Assembly (NCBI GenBank): GCA_951406725.2
Contig: OX597820.1
Span: forward strand, 74,028,001-74,092,000
Length of the DNA: 64,000 nt
From: Octopus vulgaris
Lineage: Eukaryota
Direction of reading: 5' to 3'
The translations under genes and the position numbers were made by a program. Below the pieces are notes generated by a model, which worked only from the letters and a program-made list of their open reading frames with translations, was not told where the DNA came from and did not search any database. The number at the start of each line of letters is the position of its first letter. Position 1 is the first letter of the stretch. Shown here in pieces: positions 27,658-41,794 of this stretch.

Positions 27658-27868
27658 AGTGACCGCGTGTGTATCGTTGGCGATTTTTTTTACTCAGTCT
27701 TCTCTTCCTTGGATATTTCATTTTCCTATGTTTCTGACGAAGAGCTCCGCTCGAAACGTTAAATCCTCCTTCTTTCTTTCCTTTCCTGAGCGTCCAGTAA
27801 CACTATACTTGTTCCACGTTCTCTCGTTGTTGTGTTTTCTCTTTGTGTTTTCATGTTTGGATTAACTT
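27658..27868 (+). mobile_element. (TA)n-embedded Penelope-like short element
   Basis: Homologous to 18519-18730; contains CTGACGAAGAGCTCCGCTCGAAACGTT. Confidence 0.65.
27730..27764 (+). ncRNA. Minimal hammerhead-like motif in a (TA)n-flanked element
   Basis: guuu-CUGACGA-a-GAGC-ucc-GCUC-GAAA-CGUU-aaau. A homologous copy with substitutions lies at 18597-18631. Confidence 0.5.
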
Positions 27869-28853
27869 TATATATATGTACATATACATACATATATATA
27901 TATATTTTTTTTTGACCGACCAGACTATCAGATGTTGCTACACATCGCTGATCACAATGCGCTTCGCATTGTTCTAGCCTTCAAATGACGCCACCCCGCT
28001 GGCTAAGCGAGTAGGCCATATATATATATATATATATATATAAATATATATATCTGTGTGTGCGTGCATGCGTGTGTGTGTGATAACGACAGTGAAGGAT
28101 GTAAACATCGGCGAATTACGGTGCTTTCCGAAGTTCAACAAGTTATAAGTCCTCTTTTGTTACTCTTGCCGTCATAAATGCAACGAGCCGTTGATTGGTT
28201 TATTTGAAGCCTGCAAACAACAGCACTATTGTTCATAATTTGCGATATACAGCAAATAAGGAGTCTCATCGAAACACATCCCCCTACATCCCAGTAAAAA
28301 AAAAAAAAAAATAACAATAGCAGCTCAGAAAGAATAATAAACAAATGCACTGCGAACAAGGTGATAAGGTGAGAACCCCCGTTTCCTTTTCAGATAAAGG
28401 AAAACGTAATTAAACGAGATAAAATTTGTGCTAAAATTTTGTTTTTTAAATGGGACGCTTTCTGAGTAAATTTTATGGATTTTTGCGATAACCACTTTAG
28501 AGGTTGATGATTTTCAGATGAACAAACCTTGCAATCCATTAGACAAGAGGCTGGCATAATGTGTTCGGACGTAAAGAAAATATACCATATTACTAAGCTT
28601 GTTATAACTTCTGGCTTTCTTTGAAAGCTTTCCACCAACTGACACAAAGATGTAAACTATGTGTAGTTTACATAAAATTTACGTCGATGCAACGATAAGC
28701 AGATAATATCGTGTTACCGCTGAAACATCATTTGCAAGCGAAATTTATTTCTTTATCTATTATCCATTCTTGTTCGTACGTTGCTTAGTAACTTCAATTT
28801 GTACATTGCTATAGAATAATTTTAAACTTTTGTGTAAGCTTATATATTTAACT

Positions 28854-29503
28854 GTGAAGGTGCGTGGCTTAGTGGTTAGGGCATTCGGCTCACGATCATG
28901 AGTTCAATTCCCAGCGACGCGTTGTGTCCTTGAGCAAGACACTTTGCTTCACGTTGCTCCAGTCCACTCAGCTAACAAAAATGGGTTGTACCTGTGTTTC
29001 AAAAGGGCCAGCCTTGTTGCATTCTGCCTCACGCTGAATCTCCTTGAGAACTACGTTAAGGGTACACGTGTCTGTGGAGTGCTCAACCACTTGCACGTTA
29101 ATTTCACGACGGAGTGCTCCTTTGGAGGCGTAATAGCCCAGTGGTTAGGGCAGCGGACTCGCGCTCGTAGGATCGCAGTTTCGATTCCCAGATCGGGCGT
29201 TGTGAGTGTTTATTGAGCGAAAATAGCTAAATCTCCACGAGGCTCCGGTAGGGGTGGTGGCGAACCCTACTGTCCTCTTTCACTACAATTTTTTTCACTC
29301 TTTCTTCCTGTTTCTGTTGTATCTGTATTTCAAAGCGGCAAGCCTTGTCACACTCTGTATCACACTGAATCTCCCCGAGAACTACGTTAAGGGTACATGT
29401 GTCTGTGGAGTGCTCAGCCACTGGCACGTAAATTTCACGAGCATGCTGTTCCGTTCATCGGATCAACTGGAACCCTCGTCGTCGTAGCCTACGGAGTGCC
29501 ACG
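28854..29503 (+). mobile_element. SINE D + SINE C heterodimer inside one 12-bp TSD
   Basis: D (28854-29120; gtgtccttgagcaagacact CORE-like block) followed by C (29123-29503); atatatttaact at 28842-28853 and 29504-29515. Confidence 0.85.
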
Positions 29504-30152
29504 ATATATTTAACTAGATAAAAAGTAAGGGGATTTTTTTTTAATATTCTGGAGTTATTTCTCACGGGGAATTATGTTGTTTTGTTATACCACTATATGT
29601 ATATAATTTATATATGTGTATAATCCGTTCATTTGATCATTGAATGTGATTCGCTGAGGAGTTCTAATAAGACTGTAACGTTCAGAATTGTCATCGTGTT
29701 TGTCAAAGGTCAGATTAGTTTCCTCCTCACTGTAATGCCCTATTGTAATAACGCAGAAACAGTGTTAAGCAAATAGTATGGGTTAATTACCATATCACGG
29801 AATTGACTTCATAAGAAGGTCGCTTAGAGACACCTCAAAGGATCCAAGCCAGATGAAGCTTTTCAACTCTACTCATCTAAGAGAAGGTAACTCCAAACAA
29901 ATCCTGCATACTGATAACTGCAGGGCTCATAGCATTTGTTACCCCAGACAAGTTTGAATGACGAGAGAATAGAACTAGCTTTGCATAAAAGCATGCCCGC
30001 TATAATAATATCGTGCAGTCTGTTCAACGACCCAAGATGCCAGCACCGACACCACCACTACCACACTTGCTTCATTATTGAACTAAGGACATTTAGTTCC
30101 ATGTATCTTGCTGAACTTTCATTCATCGAAACGACATGGGTCCACATATCTA

Positions 30153-30586
30153 CAGGGTGATTCAAAAGTCGCCATACATAGGAACAATTTATCGTTTTAA
30201 GACGCGACGAAAATGTTAGGAAAATAAAAATAAGAAAAAAGTGGAAAATTTTACCGGTGAGTGTGTTATATTATAAGGCACAAAAAGAAAATTACTCTCC
30301 CTAGACACAACAGTTTATAAGAAGTTTTGAATACACATTGCAATACGTTTACCCCACTCATTGTGAACTTGTAATAGCTGATAATATGTGTGCAAAGGAG
30401 TTGGTGATGCGTTCCTTCAAATTATTTATGTCTTTTATCTTTCCGCGATACACTATGCCTTTCAAATGCCCCCAAAGATAGAAATCAAGAGGGGTCAGAT
30501 CAGGGGATCTAAAGGATATTTTATAAACTGTTTTTTTATAATAAAAATTAATTTTTTCTAATTATGGAGACTTTTGAATCACCCTG
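30153..30586 (-). mobile_element. Tc1/mariner-superfamily deletion derivative with both TIRs
   Basis: TA TSD on both sides; TIR cagggtgattcaaaagtc(g/t)ccata. Internal minus-strand transposase remnant SPDLTPLDFYLWGHLKGIVYRGKIKDINNLKERIT. Confidence 0.88.
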
Positions 30587-30814
30587 TAGTTACCATTGGA
30601 CGACATTTAGTTTTCCTTCAGCTTCTAAGCTCAGTAGAGAAATTTTCACCCACATTTCCAAGCAGTCTTCAATATTTCCTAAATAGGGTTCCGCATAAAA
30701 ACTTCATTGGCTCCACAAGATAAGGAGTGCATGCAATATAATTAAATAATATTTAATAATAACACAATATTTTATAAAAACAATAACATTGTATTCATTA
30801 TTTTTATAATAGTA

Positions 30815-31228
30815 AGGCGCAGGAGTGGGGCTGTGTGATAAGTAGTTTGCTTACCAACCACATAGTTCCGGGTTCAGTCCCACTGCAAGGTACCTTGTGC
30901 AAGTGTCTTCTACTATAGCCTCGGGATGACCAAAGCCTTGTGAGCGGATTTGGTGGACGGAAACTGAAAGAAGCTCGTCGTATATACATATATATGTGTG
31001 TGCGTGTGTGAGTATGAGTCTGTTTGTGTGTCTGTGTTTGTCCCTCCAACCATCGCTTGACAACCGAGGTTGGTGTGTTTACGTCCCCGTAACTTAGCAG
31101 TTCGGCAAAAGAGACTGATAGAATATTTGGCTTACAAAGAATAAGTCCTGGGGTCGATTTGCTCGACTAAAGGCGGTGCTGCAGCATGGCCGCAGTCAAA
31201 TGACTGAAACAAATAAAAGAATAAAAGA
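30815..31228 (+). mobile_element. SINE family B copy
   Basis: Collinear with 32392-32806. Confidence 0.88.
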
Positions 31229-32391
31229 ATGTGTTTTATGAATATATTCTGTCTCTAAAACAATTTTAATTTCATTTAATATCAAATTAGGACCAAGTTT
31301 GCAGTGGTTGTCCGTAAAGTTTAGGTACAATCGTGCAGATTTTGGAAAATCTTGTAAGGGTTTCGCGACAATGTAAGTTTGGAAAGTTTTGGGCTTCTTA
31401 ATTTTTGGCATCAACTGCATTTAGTCTGGCTTTGAGTGATCAAATGCGTAATGGGTTCGGCTGCTGCAGCAATGCATTCAGAAGTAATGAAGTTCCGAAG
31501 ACACACACACACAAATAAACACATACACCCTGCCCCGTATATATACACATATACGACGGGCTACTTTCAGTTTCTGTCTTCTAAATCCACTCACAAGGCT
31601 TTGGTCGGCCCAAGACATTTGCCCAAGATACCACACTGTGGGACAGAACCCGGAACCATGCGGCTGGGAAACAAACTTCTTACCAACACAGCCACACCAA
31701 CGCTTCTTCTTGGTAGTGTTCATGGTTTAAAGTTATCATCTTTGCAACATTGAGGGTGTTACTGCTTACTTCAGCTTTTAAATATTTATTGGTTTGTAGC
31801 AAAGTTGCTGTAATTTTATTTTCCTTCAATTCGGCCCCACTCCCAAAAAACCTTGAAAAATAGTTTTAACATTTATTGTTTACTCACAAACGACATTCTT
31901 TAAATATTTAATGTGATTTTACACCTTTAAACAATTGCAGATTGTTTTCAGATATTAATCAACGAGCATGTTACCTTAAACTTTATTCATTAACAATGAA
32001 TGTGGCCTTGAATTCCTCACCCGTATTATCAACGTCTACCATTTCTTTTATTATTCTCTTTGAAGATTGAGTGCGTGACCTTATGTATTTACAGGTCCAG
32101 AACGAATGACACACTGTGAGTTAGTTGGGTGTGTTACACAATATAAGCAGACAAAACAAACAAACAAAAAAAGACTTTCATGAAATAAATGTCATATCTA
32201 GTATCATAAATGTCATGTTTTAAATTATTATGCTTTGCGTTTATAAATAGAAAATGCAGAAAATGTGAAACAGACGAAAATAGACAGAGGTGCGTTAGAA
32301 GTTCGAAAATAATTTAAACGAGACACTAAAAATATAATAGGACAAGACACTCCGGATTGGCCAAGTACTGATATTGTGTTATTTGATCTCA

Positions 32392-32806
32392 TAGGCGCAG
32401 GAGTGGCTGTGTGGTAAGTAGCTTGCTTACCAACCACATGGCTCCGGGTTCAGTCCCACTGCATGGCATCTTGGGCAAGTCTCTTCTACTATAGCCTCGG
32501 GCCGACCAAAGCCTTGTGAGTGGATATGGTAGACGGAAACTGAAAGAAGCTCGTCGTATATATGTATATATATATATATATATGTGTGTGTTTGTGTGTC
32601 TGTGTTTGTCCCCCTAGCATTGCTCGACAACCGATGCTGGTGTGTTTACGTCCCCGTCATTTAGCGGTTCGGCAAAAGCACCCGATAGAATAAGTACTGG
32701 GTTTACAAAGAATAAGTCCTGGAGTCGATTTGCTCGACTAAAGGCAGTGCTCCAGCATGGCTGCAGTCAAATGACTGAAACAAGTAATAGAGTAAAAGAG
32801 TAAAGA
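32392..32806 (+). mobile_element. SINE family B, near full length (tRNA head, CORE-like segment, internal TA/TG microsatellite)
   Basis: A box tggctgtgtgg, B box ggttcagtccc, cttgggcaagt segment, tail ...aatgactgaaacaagtaa(aagagt)n. Other copies or fragments: 1590-1785, 3115-3502(-), 3775-3925(-), 4640-4965(-), 8535-8712, 11200-11405, 12780-13220(-), 17282-17745, 17940-18320, 18329-18475, 24312-24712(-), 24915-25125, 30815-31228, 31500-31700(-), 32935-33385(-), 45478-45603(-), 45848-46335, 46374-46745, 49797-50510, 57655-57860. Confidence 0.9.
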
Positions 32807-35800
32807 GTATGTAAATTCAAAAGACTTTTAATGGGGATCTTCAGATTTATTGTTCCCTCAAAGGAAATTCCTTAAATATTTATTCTGATTTTCAAACTTT
32901 TAAAGAATTATCTTCTGTCTTTTTTCCTTTATCTTTTGCTTGTTTGAGTCATTGGGCTGCAGCCATTATGCGGCACCACCTTTAAAGGGTTCTAGTTGAA
33001 CAAATCAAGCCCAGCGCTTTTAATTTTTCTTTAAAGACTGGTACTCATTCTACAGGTCTCCTTTGGCGAACCGCTACGTTCGGAGAAGGATGTTACAGGG
33101 ACGAAAACAAACCAGCTCTGGTTGCCAAGCAGTGAGGGGTCCGATAAACGCTGACAAAATGACACAAACACACACGCACGCTCAAACACTCACACGCGTA
33201 CATACAAACATACACACACACACACACACAGACACACACACACACACACACGCGCGTACACAGAGTTTCTGTCGACCACATTTCACTTACAAGCCATTAG
33301 TCGGCCCGGGACTACGGTAGAAGTCACTCAATGGAACTGAACTCGAAAAGCAAGCCATTTAATCACACATTCATGCGTGCGCCTATAATTGCAGATTTTA
33401 AAAATTGTTTTTAGTCAGAAGGGTTGGCAGTGCCCCGTTCCCCGTTAAAGAGCTTTCGAGACTGGTGAGCGGAAAGGAAGAATGATTCCCCAAACAAGAA
33501 GCCGAATGATTGCTAAAGAACTGATTCCACTAAAGGCATCCAAGCAACCAAGTGTAGGCTTTAAACAGGGTGTCAGGTCATGTCTGTCACCCAAGTGGCC
33601 ATGGCGAGATTTGAACTCAGAGCACAAGAGCCAGAATAAATATTGCAAGGTATCCAATCTGTGACGTCCTGACAGTTTCGCCAGTCGAGCGACTTGGCTG
33701 ATTAGTACTGGTTTGTCGACCCCGAAAGTATAAAAAATAAAGCTGACCTTGGCGGATTTCGAACTCAGAGAGCAGAGAATCAAGATACATACCACAGAGA
33801 TGCTCTTACCCCACCTTGACAATTTGCCGAGGAAATTACCTTACGTTCGTGTTTCTTTTTATTTGTGGGTGGGTGGGTGGGTAATGGGGGAGACATATGT
33901 AGTATAGTGACTACCACAAGCTCCACTTTGTTGCACTGTGGTAGGTTGTATTCCTCGATGGTCCTGAGATCAATGCTAACTGACCGCATGCTCCTGATAG
34001 AGGCCTTCTATGTTGAATAGGCCAGAGGATAGAGGCATGACTAATATAGATCGCCTCTTTTTAAAGGTAAAAATGGCTCTGCGTAAGGCCGAAGTCTCTC
34101 CCTAGAAAAAAAAAGGCAGAGAAAATCGATGACAATTCATAATCAACAGGGTCAAGAAACATGAAAAGGCGGGGATCCAACTGAAGGGAAACTGAAAAGA
34201 TAGATGAGAGTCGAGCACAGTGAAGAAAAGTCATCGATTATTATTACGGAAGCATCAACGACAAATAAAATCCAACAAGGCCTGAGAGAGGAAGATCTTA
34301 AGTCAAGAGCTGATAACAGTGGAGAAAGGTTGCCGATGGCTTATGCTCCGTGAGTTTTTGCGCTCGCTATATTTCATGTGTGATGCCTGACCGTATGTGT
34401 ATTTAATATGTAGAACGTTCCTCTGGAGTATTTTCCCCTCAGCCATATTGCTGATATTCATAATCAGGTCAGTATATTCTCTAACGCCTGAGATTTCTTG
34501 GAAAGTCTTTCGCCTATTGCATGAGCCAGCGAGGAAGCTTCTACGCGAAACCACTGCTTAAAAAAAGGATACATTGTACAATTATAATGTAATCGTTAAT
34601 AACATCTATTACCGATGTTTTTAGATATCTTATTCCTAGATATTTATGTTTTGTGAAACTGAACATGACTATGAGTTTGATGTGTTCGTATCGTAATCGC
34701 AGTTATATAGTTTGGGGTTGTAAGTAAAATTTGGTGGACTGGAATTGTGAAGTCTTGGGATAGTAACTTAATCCGTTTCATGGTTTAACGCCTCCATCTA
34801 GGTCCTGAATGTCTTTAGTTCATACTGTTGAATCATTAGAGCTGGATCTTCTGCCTGAAGATAACTTCCCCCCACCACTCTCAGAGGCTTTGCGAAAAGT
34901 CATAGGTACTGCCTTTTCAGCCGTGACTAAATCGTAAAAACGAATCATGTGTAGGTGTGTCTAAACTCTAAGCATAATGTAACCGTTCATATATTGGTGT
35001 GTACAATATATCTCCTTCAAGTACCTTATTCATACGGTTGTGCAATTACTTGGCCTGTGGACAATTGCCACTTAAATGCTGAGATGCAGGTCACTGGAAT
35101 AAAGGGACGAATTCGAAGGGCTCTAGAACCACCTTGTTTTTGTTTTGTCACTGTTTCTTTCTTTTTCCCATGTGTTTCGTGGGAAAAAAATGAGTTTTAT
35201 ATCTCTCAGGCCCTTAAACTTGGGCCATGAGAAAGAGCCCAAGCTATAGTTTTCCATTCTGTGGTGTTCATTGATTACTATTTTACCTCTCCAAAGGTTC
35301 TTTAGCATGAAACTGTTCGGTAACATATAATTACTGTTACGAAATTAAATATGCATATGCATTACGCACGCGTGCGCACACATGTGCGTAGACTTGGTGT
35401 CCAGGTGCGCATTCAACCAACCAGGGTACGTTTGATTCTAGACAGTGGCGAAGGCAACTTACTCAGGAAACAGAGAATTCTAATAGAAATATCTTGAAGT
35501 ATGGTGTTCACTGAGTTTGTAGCAAACATTTGCATCAACCTTCTGCTATCAGCATTCCCATATATGTGGCTGGCCCTCACCACTGAAAACAAATATTTTC
35601 TAACGGTAGTCTAACGGATATAATATTAATTTCTTCTATCTATCTATTGCTCACAGGGGGCTAAATATAGAGGGGACAAACAAGGACAGACATAGGTATT
35701 AAGTCGATTATATCGACTCCAGTGCGTAACTGGTACTTAATTTATCGACCCCGAAAGGATGAAAGGCAAAGTCGACCTTGGTGGAATTTGAACTCAGAAC

Positions 35801-36097
35801 GTAACGGCGGACGAAATACCGCTAAGCATTTTGCTCGGCGTGCTAACGATTCTGCCAACTCGCAGCCCTAATGTAACAGATATAATATTAGCTATGAAAC
35901 CCTCAATCGTGGGAGACAACAGGCGAGTCCATTATTTACTTACATAAACACTCACAAACACACACACTTATTGTTGACATCATGAGAATTTTATAAAAAA
36001 TTTATGAAGAGTGGATCTCGAAGCATATAAAGCTATATATAATAGCAAGTAAATATTGGTCTGAAAAACCCGACGAGTTAGGTTTTTGTAATTTTTA

Positions 36098-36183
<86 letters not shown>

Positions 36184-36185
<2 letters not shown>

Positions 36186-36222
36186 GTCTTTGTGTTCAGC
36201 CCTGTGTGGCCAATAAAGAAAG
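36184..36222 (+). mobile_element. Extreme 3' tip of the same LINE
   Basis: tgtgttcagccctgtgtggccaataaagaaa directly after a (TATC)n run. Confidence 0.6.
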
Positions 36223-36369
36223 TTATCTGTCTCTGTCTGTCTGTCTGCCTGCCTGCCCGTCTGTCTGTCTTGCTGCCTGTCTGTCTGTGTATGCCTTTTG
36301 TCTGACTGTTTGTCCGTTTGGCTGTCTTCTATCTGTTTTCTGACTGTCTATCTGACTTGTATCTATCTT

Positions 36370-36425
<56 letters not shown>

Positions 36426-36499
36426 CCTGCCTGCCTGCCTGCCTGCATGCCTGTCTGTCTGTCTGACGGTTTTCTGACTGTTTATCTGATTTCTCTCAG

Positions 36500-36550
<51 letters not shown>

Positions 36551-36576
36551 ATATATATATATATATATATATCTGT

Positions 36577-36648
<72 letters not shown>

Positions 36649-37133
36649 ATATCTATCTATCTATCTATCTATCTATCTACATTATGTATATATATGTATG
36701 CACGTGTGTGTGTGTTTATGTGTGTGCGTTTGCATGCATGTATGTATGTACGTATGTATGTATGTATGTATTTCTTGCATGCAGGCATAACTCTAAACAA
36801 GGATTATACTTTGCTAAACACTTCGCTTTCGTCAGACGCAGTATTTTAAAAACCTCTTAACATCGACACCCGCCCCATGCCTCCTCACATCACTCATTAC
36901 CGTTATTTAAACATGTAATCAGGGAGAAACATAATATGTCAGAGGAGCCAGTCATTCAGATTGAGATTATAAAAAGCAACTTGTTGGTCAAGAAAATAGA
37001 TTACAGCAGTTGCGGTTAATAACGCTAATTGCCTCTATTAAATGATAGAAATATATACATACATACATACATACATACATACATACATACATACATACAC
37101 GTGCGCACATATACATATACATATGTATGTAGG

Positions 37134-37209
<76 letters not shown>

Positions 37210-37545
37210 CATATACATATATATATAGAAATATAGAAAGAGAGAAATATGTGTGCGTGTGTGTATGTGTGTATATATATATGTATATGTATATATGTAT
37301 GTATATGTGTGTGTGTGTGTAAATATATATGAATGTGGGTGTTGTATGAAAAGCAAACAAATGTAAAAAGAAAACAAATATATATACATATATATGTGTG
37401 TGTGCGGAGAGGGAGTGGAGGGTATGTGTGTGTGTGTGTGCCAAGAAAATACAAGAAAGCTATCTTAGGTAATTTATTTCTGTACTATTGCAGCTGCATG
37501 GAATTCCTGGTCGGAAGAATGGCAATAAATGGTTACTTCTATTAC

Positions 37546-37546
<1 letters not shown>

Positions 37547-37595
<49 letters not shown>

Positions 37596-37605
37596 GTCAT
37601 CGTCG

Positions 37606-37643
<38 letters not shown>

Positions 37644-37659
37644 GTCGTCGTCGTCGTCG

Positions 37660-37698
<39 letters not shown>

Positions 37699-37975
37699 AT
37701 ATCGTCTTGGTTCTCGCCACCGCCACCACCACGACCACCGCTACCACGACGACGACCTCCAGCGCTACAATCCCCAGCGCCAATACCATCATCGTCGTCG
37801 TCGTCGTCATCATCATCATTATCATCATCGTCATCATCATCATCATCATCACCATCAATACCATCTTCATCGTTCCCGTAGCCGCATCCACCACCGCCAC
37901 CACTGCCACTACAATCACCACTATCATCATCAGCATCATCATCATCATCATTATCATCATCATCATCATCATCAC
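37547..37975. repeat. (CAT)n/(CGT)n/(CAC)n trinucleotide array
   Basis: Directly visible; stop-free in several frames. Confidence 0.95.
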
Positions 37976-38632
37976 TTTTCCTTGTCTTCATCGTCTTCAT
38001 TATCGTCTGTCATCAGCATCATTTAGTCGCCAAACCTGCTCGAAACAACTGAAAAATTCTTTCAGATACTCACTACCATCATAAAAAAATAATAAAGTGC
38101 ACTTTGGATAATGAAAATTTTTATTATATGGTGGGGGGCGGATGGGGGTTGGTAGGGCTGAAACCCTTAGCTTATAAGTGTTACCTATAACTCTTAGATT
38201 ATATATATATATATATGTAAATATATACATATTTCGCATTACGAATATATAAAACGGCAAGGTGGCAGAAACGTTACAGCGTCGGTCAAAGTGCTTATCG
38301 GTATTTCGTCCGTCTTTACATTCACAGTACAAATTACCTGAAGTCGACTTGGACTTTCATCTTTTCAAGGCCCATAAAATAAGTACCAGTTGAGCACTGG
38401 GGTCAATGTAATCGACTTCTCCCTCCCTCAAAATAGCTGGCCTTGTGCCAAAATAGGATACGAATATTGCATATGTATATCTGCATGTATTCCTGTATGT
38501 GTTTGTGTGTATTTCTATGTATGTATATACATATAGATGGATGGATAGATGAATAGAAATGCATATTTGCATGCATGTGTATTATATATATATATGCATA
38601 TATATATTCATAAATATATATATTAGCATATG

Positions 38633-38673
<41 letters not shown>

Positions 38674-39680
38674 GTATATTTATACACATATATGTATATA
38701 TGCCCATATATGCATATGACTTTTTGAGGATATCATAGAAATCCTTCTACCCATGATGTCTTAATTATTCCTAATCATGACAATAGGTTGGTTAGAATTG
38801 TTGTGTATGTATATGGTTTCCTCTTTTAATCTTCTTAATGCTAGTATTTACAAGAGAATAAACGTAGCATTATGTCGACATACTAGGATATTGCTAATGC
38901 TGCTATAAAGGTGATGTTTCAATCGGATTATTTGAATTTCTTGATATGTGAATTCATTTTGTGCGATAAAGATAGTAAACCGGACTTCGCTTGCTTTAAC
39001 AAAGCTAACAGGGTCCTGGATAGATATATTAAAATTTCATTCATAGCGCCCTTCCAGTCCAGCTTAATATTTACCTACCAATATATACCTACCAACATAT
39101 ACCTACCTACCTACAGATCTACCTACCTACTTACCTTCCTACCTACAAACATACATGCATACATATATATATGTAAGTATATATAGTATCGTGTGATATA
39201 ATTTTATATGATGTTATATATATGTATGTGTGAAAAAAAGAGAGAGAAAGAGAGAGGAAATGTGGGAAAGAGAGAGAGAGAGGGAATGCTTGGCCAGTTT
39301 AATTTAAATTACTTCAATTTATTTCCCCCGCTCATGTCAGTATGACAAAATCAGCTTTTAAAGCGATTGAAACCGGTAAGATATTTTGATAAAGTTCTCA
39401 AAGCATTTTCTTCTTTTTTACTTGTCAGTTCATACACACACACACACACACATACACATACGCACACACATTTACATATATATATACATACATACATATG
39501 TGTGTATATATATATATACACACACATATGTGTGTATATATGTATGTATGTATATATATACATACATATACATATGCATATATATGTGTATCTTGACGAC
39601 TTCTTAACGAACAAAATCGCTAATAAAGGATTATCCAAAATTCTTACTGCCCCCTTCTCTCTCTCTCTCTCTCTCTCTCT

Positions 39681-39721
<41 letters not shown>

Positions 39722-40371
39722 GCAATAAATTTTATATGAAATGACTAAATGTCGAATTTATAACTGTAGCTTGATTAACATATTTAACAGTTTGAAGTTT
39801 TAGCACAAGGCCAGGATAATTGGGGGAGAGTTAAGTCAAGTACATGGGCCCTATTCCTCAACTGGTTCTTATTTTATCGCACCCCCCCCCCAAAGGATGA
39901 CAGGCAGATTCAACCTCGGCGACATTTGAACCCAGAACGTAAAGACGGGCGAAATGCTGCTAAGCATTTTTACCTAGCGGGCTAACAATTTGCCCAGCTC
40001 GCCGCCTTAAGTTTGATTGACATATAAGAGAGATATCTTATAATTGAAAACCAAAATCCGCACAATTTTCCGTGTGAGCTACATCACAAAGCCATGTCTT
40101 TCTATAAGTTTCATAAAGACCACCCTGGTATATTTCCCATCAGTTGCCGAGTTCTTCGCTCAATGCAGGTTATCTTATTTTCATCAAATGTACAGAACCA
40201 GACCAGCTTTTGTTGTATAATCTGCTTTCGTTTAGAAACGCGAATTCTTCGCAGTTTCACCGAATTTTGTTATTCTGACAAGCTTAATTGAATATGCATC
40301 TGGTTATCTGACAATTTTATTTATTTTGTACGGCATATCATCTGAATGTTTACTTATATGCAAATCCATGC

Positions 40372-40417
<46 letters not shown>

Positions 40418-40456
40418 TTATGCATATACTGATATATATGCATATCTATCTATCTG

Positions 40457-40525
<69 letters not shown>

Positions 40526-40704
40526 ATATATATATATATATATATTTATGTATGTACAAGTCATTGTGTGTGTGTGTGTGTGTGGTGTGTGCGTGTGTGT
40601 GTTGCGCAATAAATTTAACAATATCGCTTTATTTTTTCATTCTGTCCGAAGTTATAAATTTTAAATGGTGTTCATTTATTTATTATTATTATTGCTGCTG
40701 CTGC

Positions 40705-40735
<31 letters not shown>

Positions 40736-41444
40736 AGACATTATTCGTTTGTAAGTTTGTTCATGGGAACTTTTATCTTCTATAAGTGGTCTTTGTGTTT
40801 ATTTCTGGCTATTTAAACGGAAACAAGACAAACTCGAAACGAAAGAAATGAAAGAAGAAAGGAAGATAGGAAGGAAGTGGGACGCGCGGGGCGTAGCGGG
40901 AGCGAAGCTGGAGGAAGAGGTGAATCGGCAAACAGATCGGAAGTAAAAATTTGTAGAATTAGATGCGTATGAGTGATTTAACTGAAACAAATCATTATTA
41001 TCTTTCAAACAAAAACAATCTGAGAGAAATAACACAGAGAAGCCTGCAGCATGCATGTGAACATAAAGGGATACAGGTATATCAAATACTATACAACATG
41101 CGGTAAAATATTTTGGTTTTTGCTTTCTTGACCCTTGGTCAGTTTTAGTTGAACAGATATAATATCAAAGGTTTTTAATGATTACATGTAATATATCTTA
41201 GATTAGACTGACCTTGTCCTGCCTTTTAAAAAATATATTGATACGTGACGAATGGGGTATTTGACTATTATTTCTTGAGAGCAAACGCAGGCGTTACTGT
41301 GAGGTAAGAAGTTTGCTTTCAAACCCCATGGTTCCGGGTTCAGTCCTACTGCGTGGCACCTTGGGCAAGTGTCTTCGACTATACTTCCAGTATGGTACGA
41401 GGTGTCCTACTGCTATTTTTAGCGGTTTGAACGACCATATAGAG

Positions 41445-41759
41445 TAGTGGTTCTCAACCGGGCTCCATATGGATCCTGAGGGTCCATATAAGGTTTCGAG
41501 GGGCTACGCAACAAAATAGTAAACTTGGGATCCATATTAGAAATTTTAAGGGTTCCTGAAAAAATTTTGCTTTACGTCTGTGTATTGGTATGAATTACAA
41601 GAAACAGCTAGGTTTCTTTTTTCCCAACATCTTACATAGTTAAACCCACACAAGTTAAATAGGGATTTTCAAAGAAGAACATCGAATGGCTATGGAGGTC
41701 CACCAGAATAAAATAGTAGTCGAAAGTATCCATAAATAAAAAATGGTTGAGAACTTCTG
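41445..41759. mobile_element. hAT (Charlie-like) MITE
   Basis: Ends tagtggttctcaacc / ggttgagaacttctg; TSD degenerate. Confidence 0.6.
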
Positions 41760-41794
41760 ATGTAAAAGAAAGCTTCCATGAAAATAATCCTTTT

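Noticed and set aside
37333-38084. Poly-His/Ser/Asp/Met/Ile ORFs
   Set aside because: A trinucleotide array open in many frames on both strands; no non-repetitive coding context or convincing splice sites.
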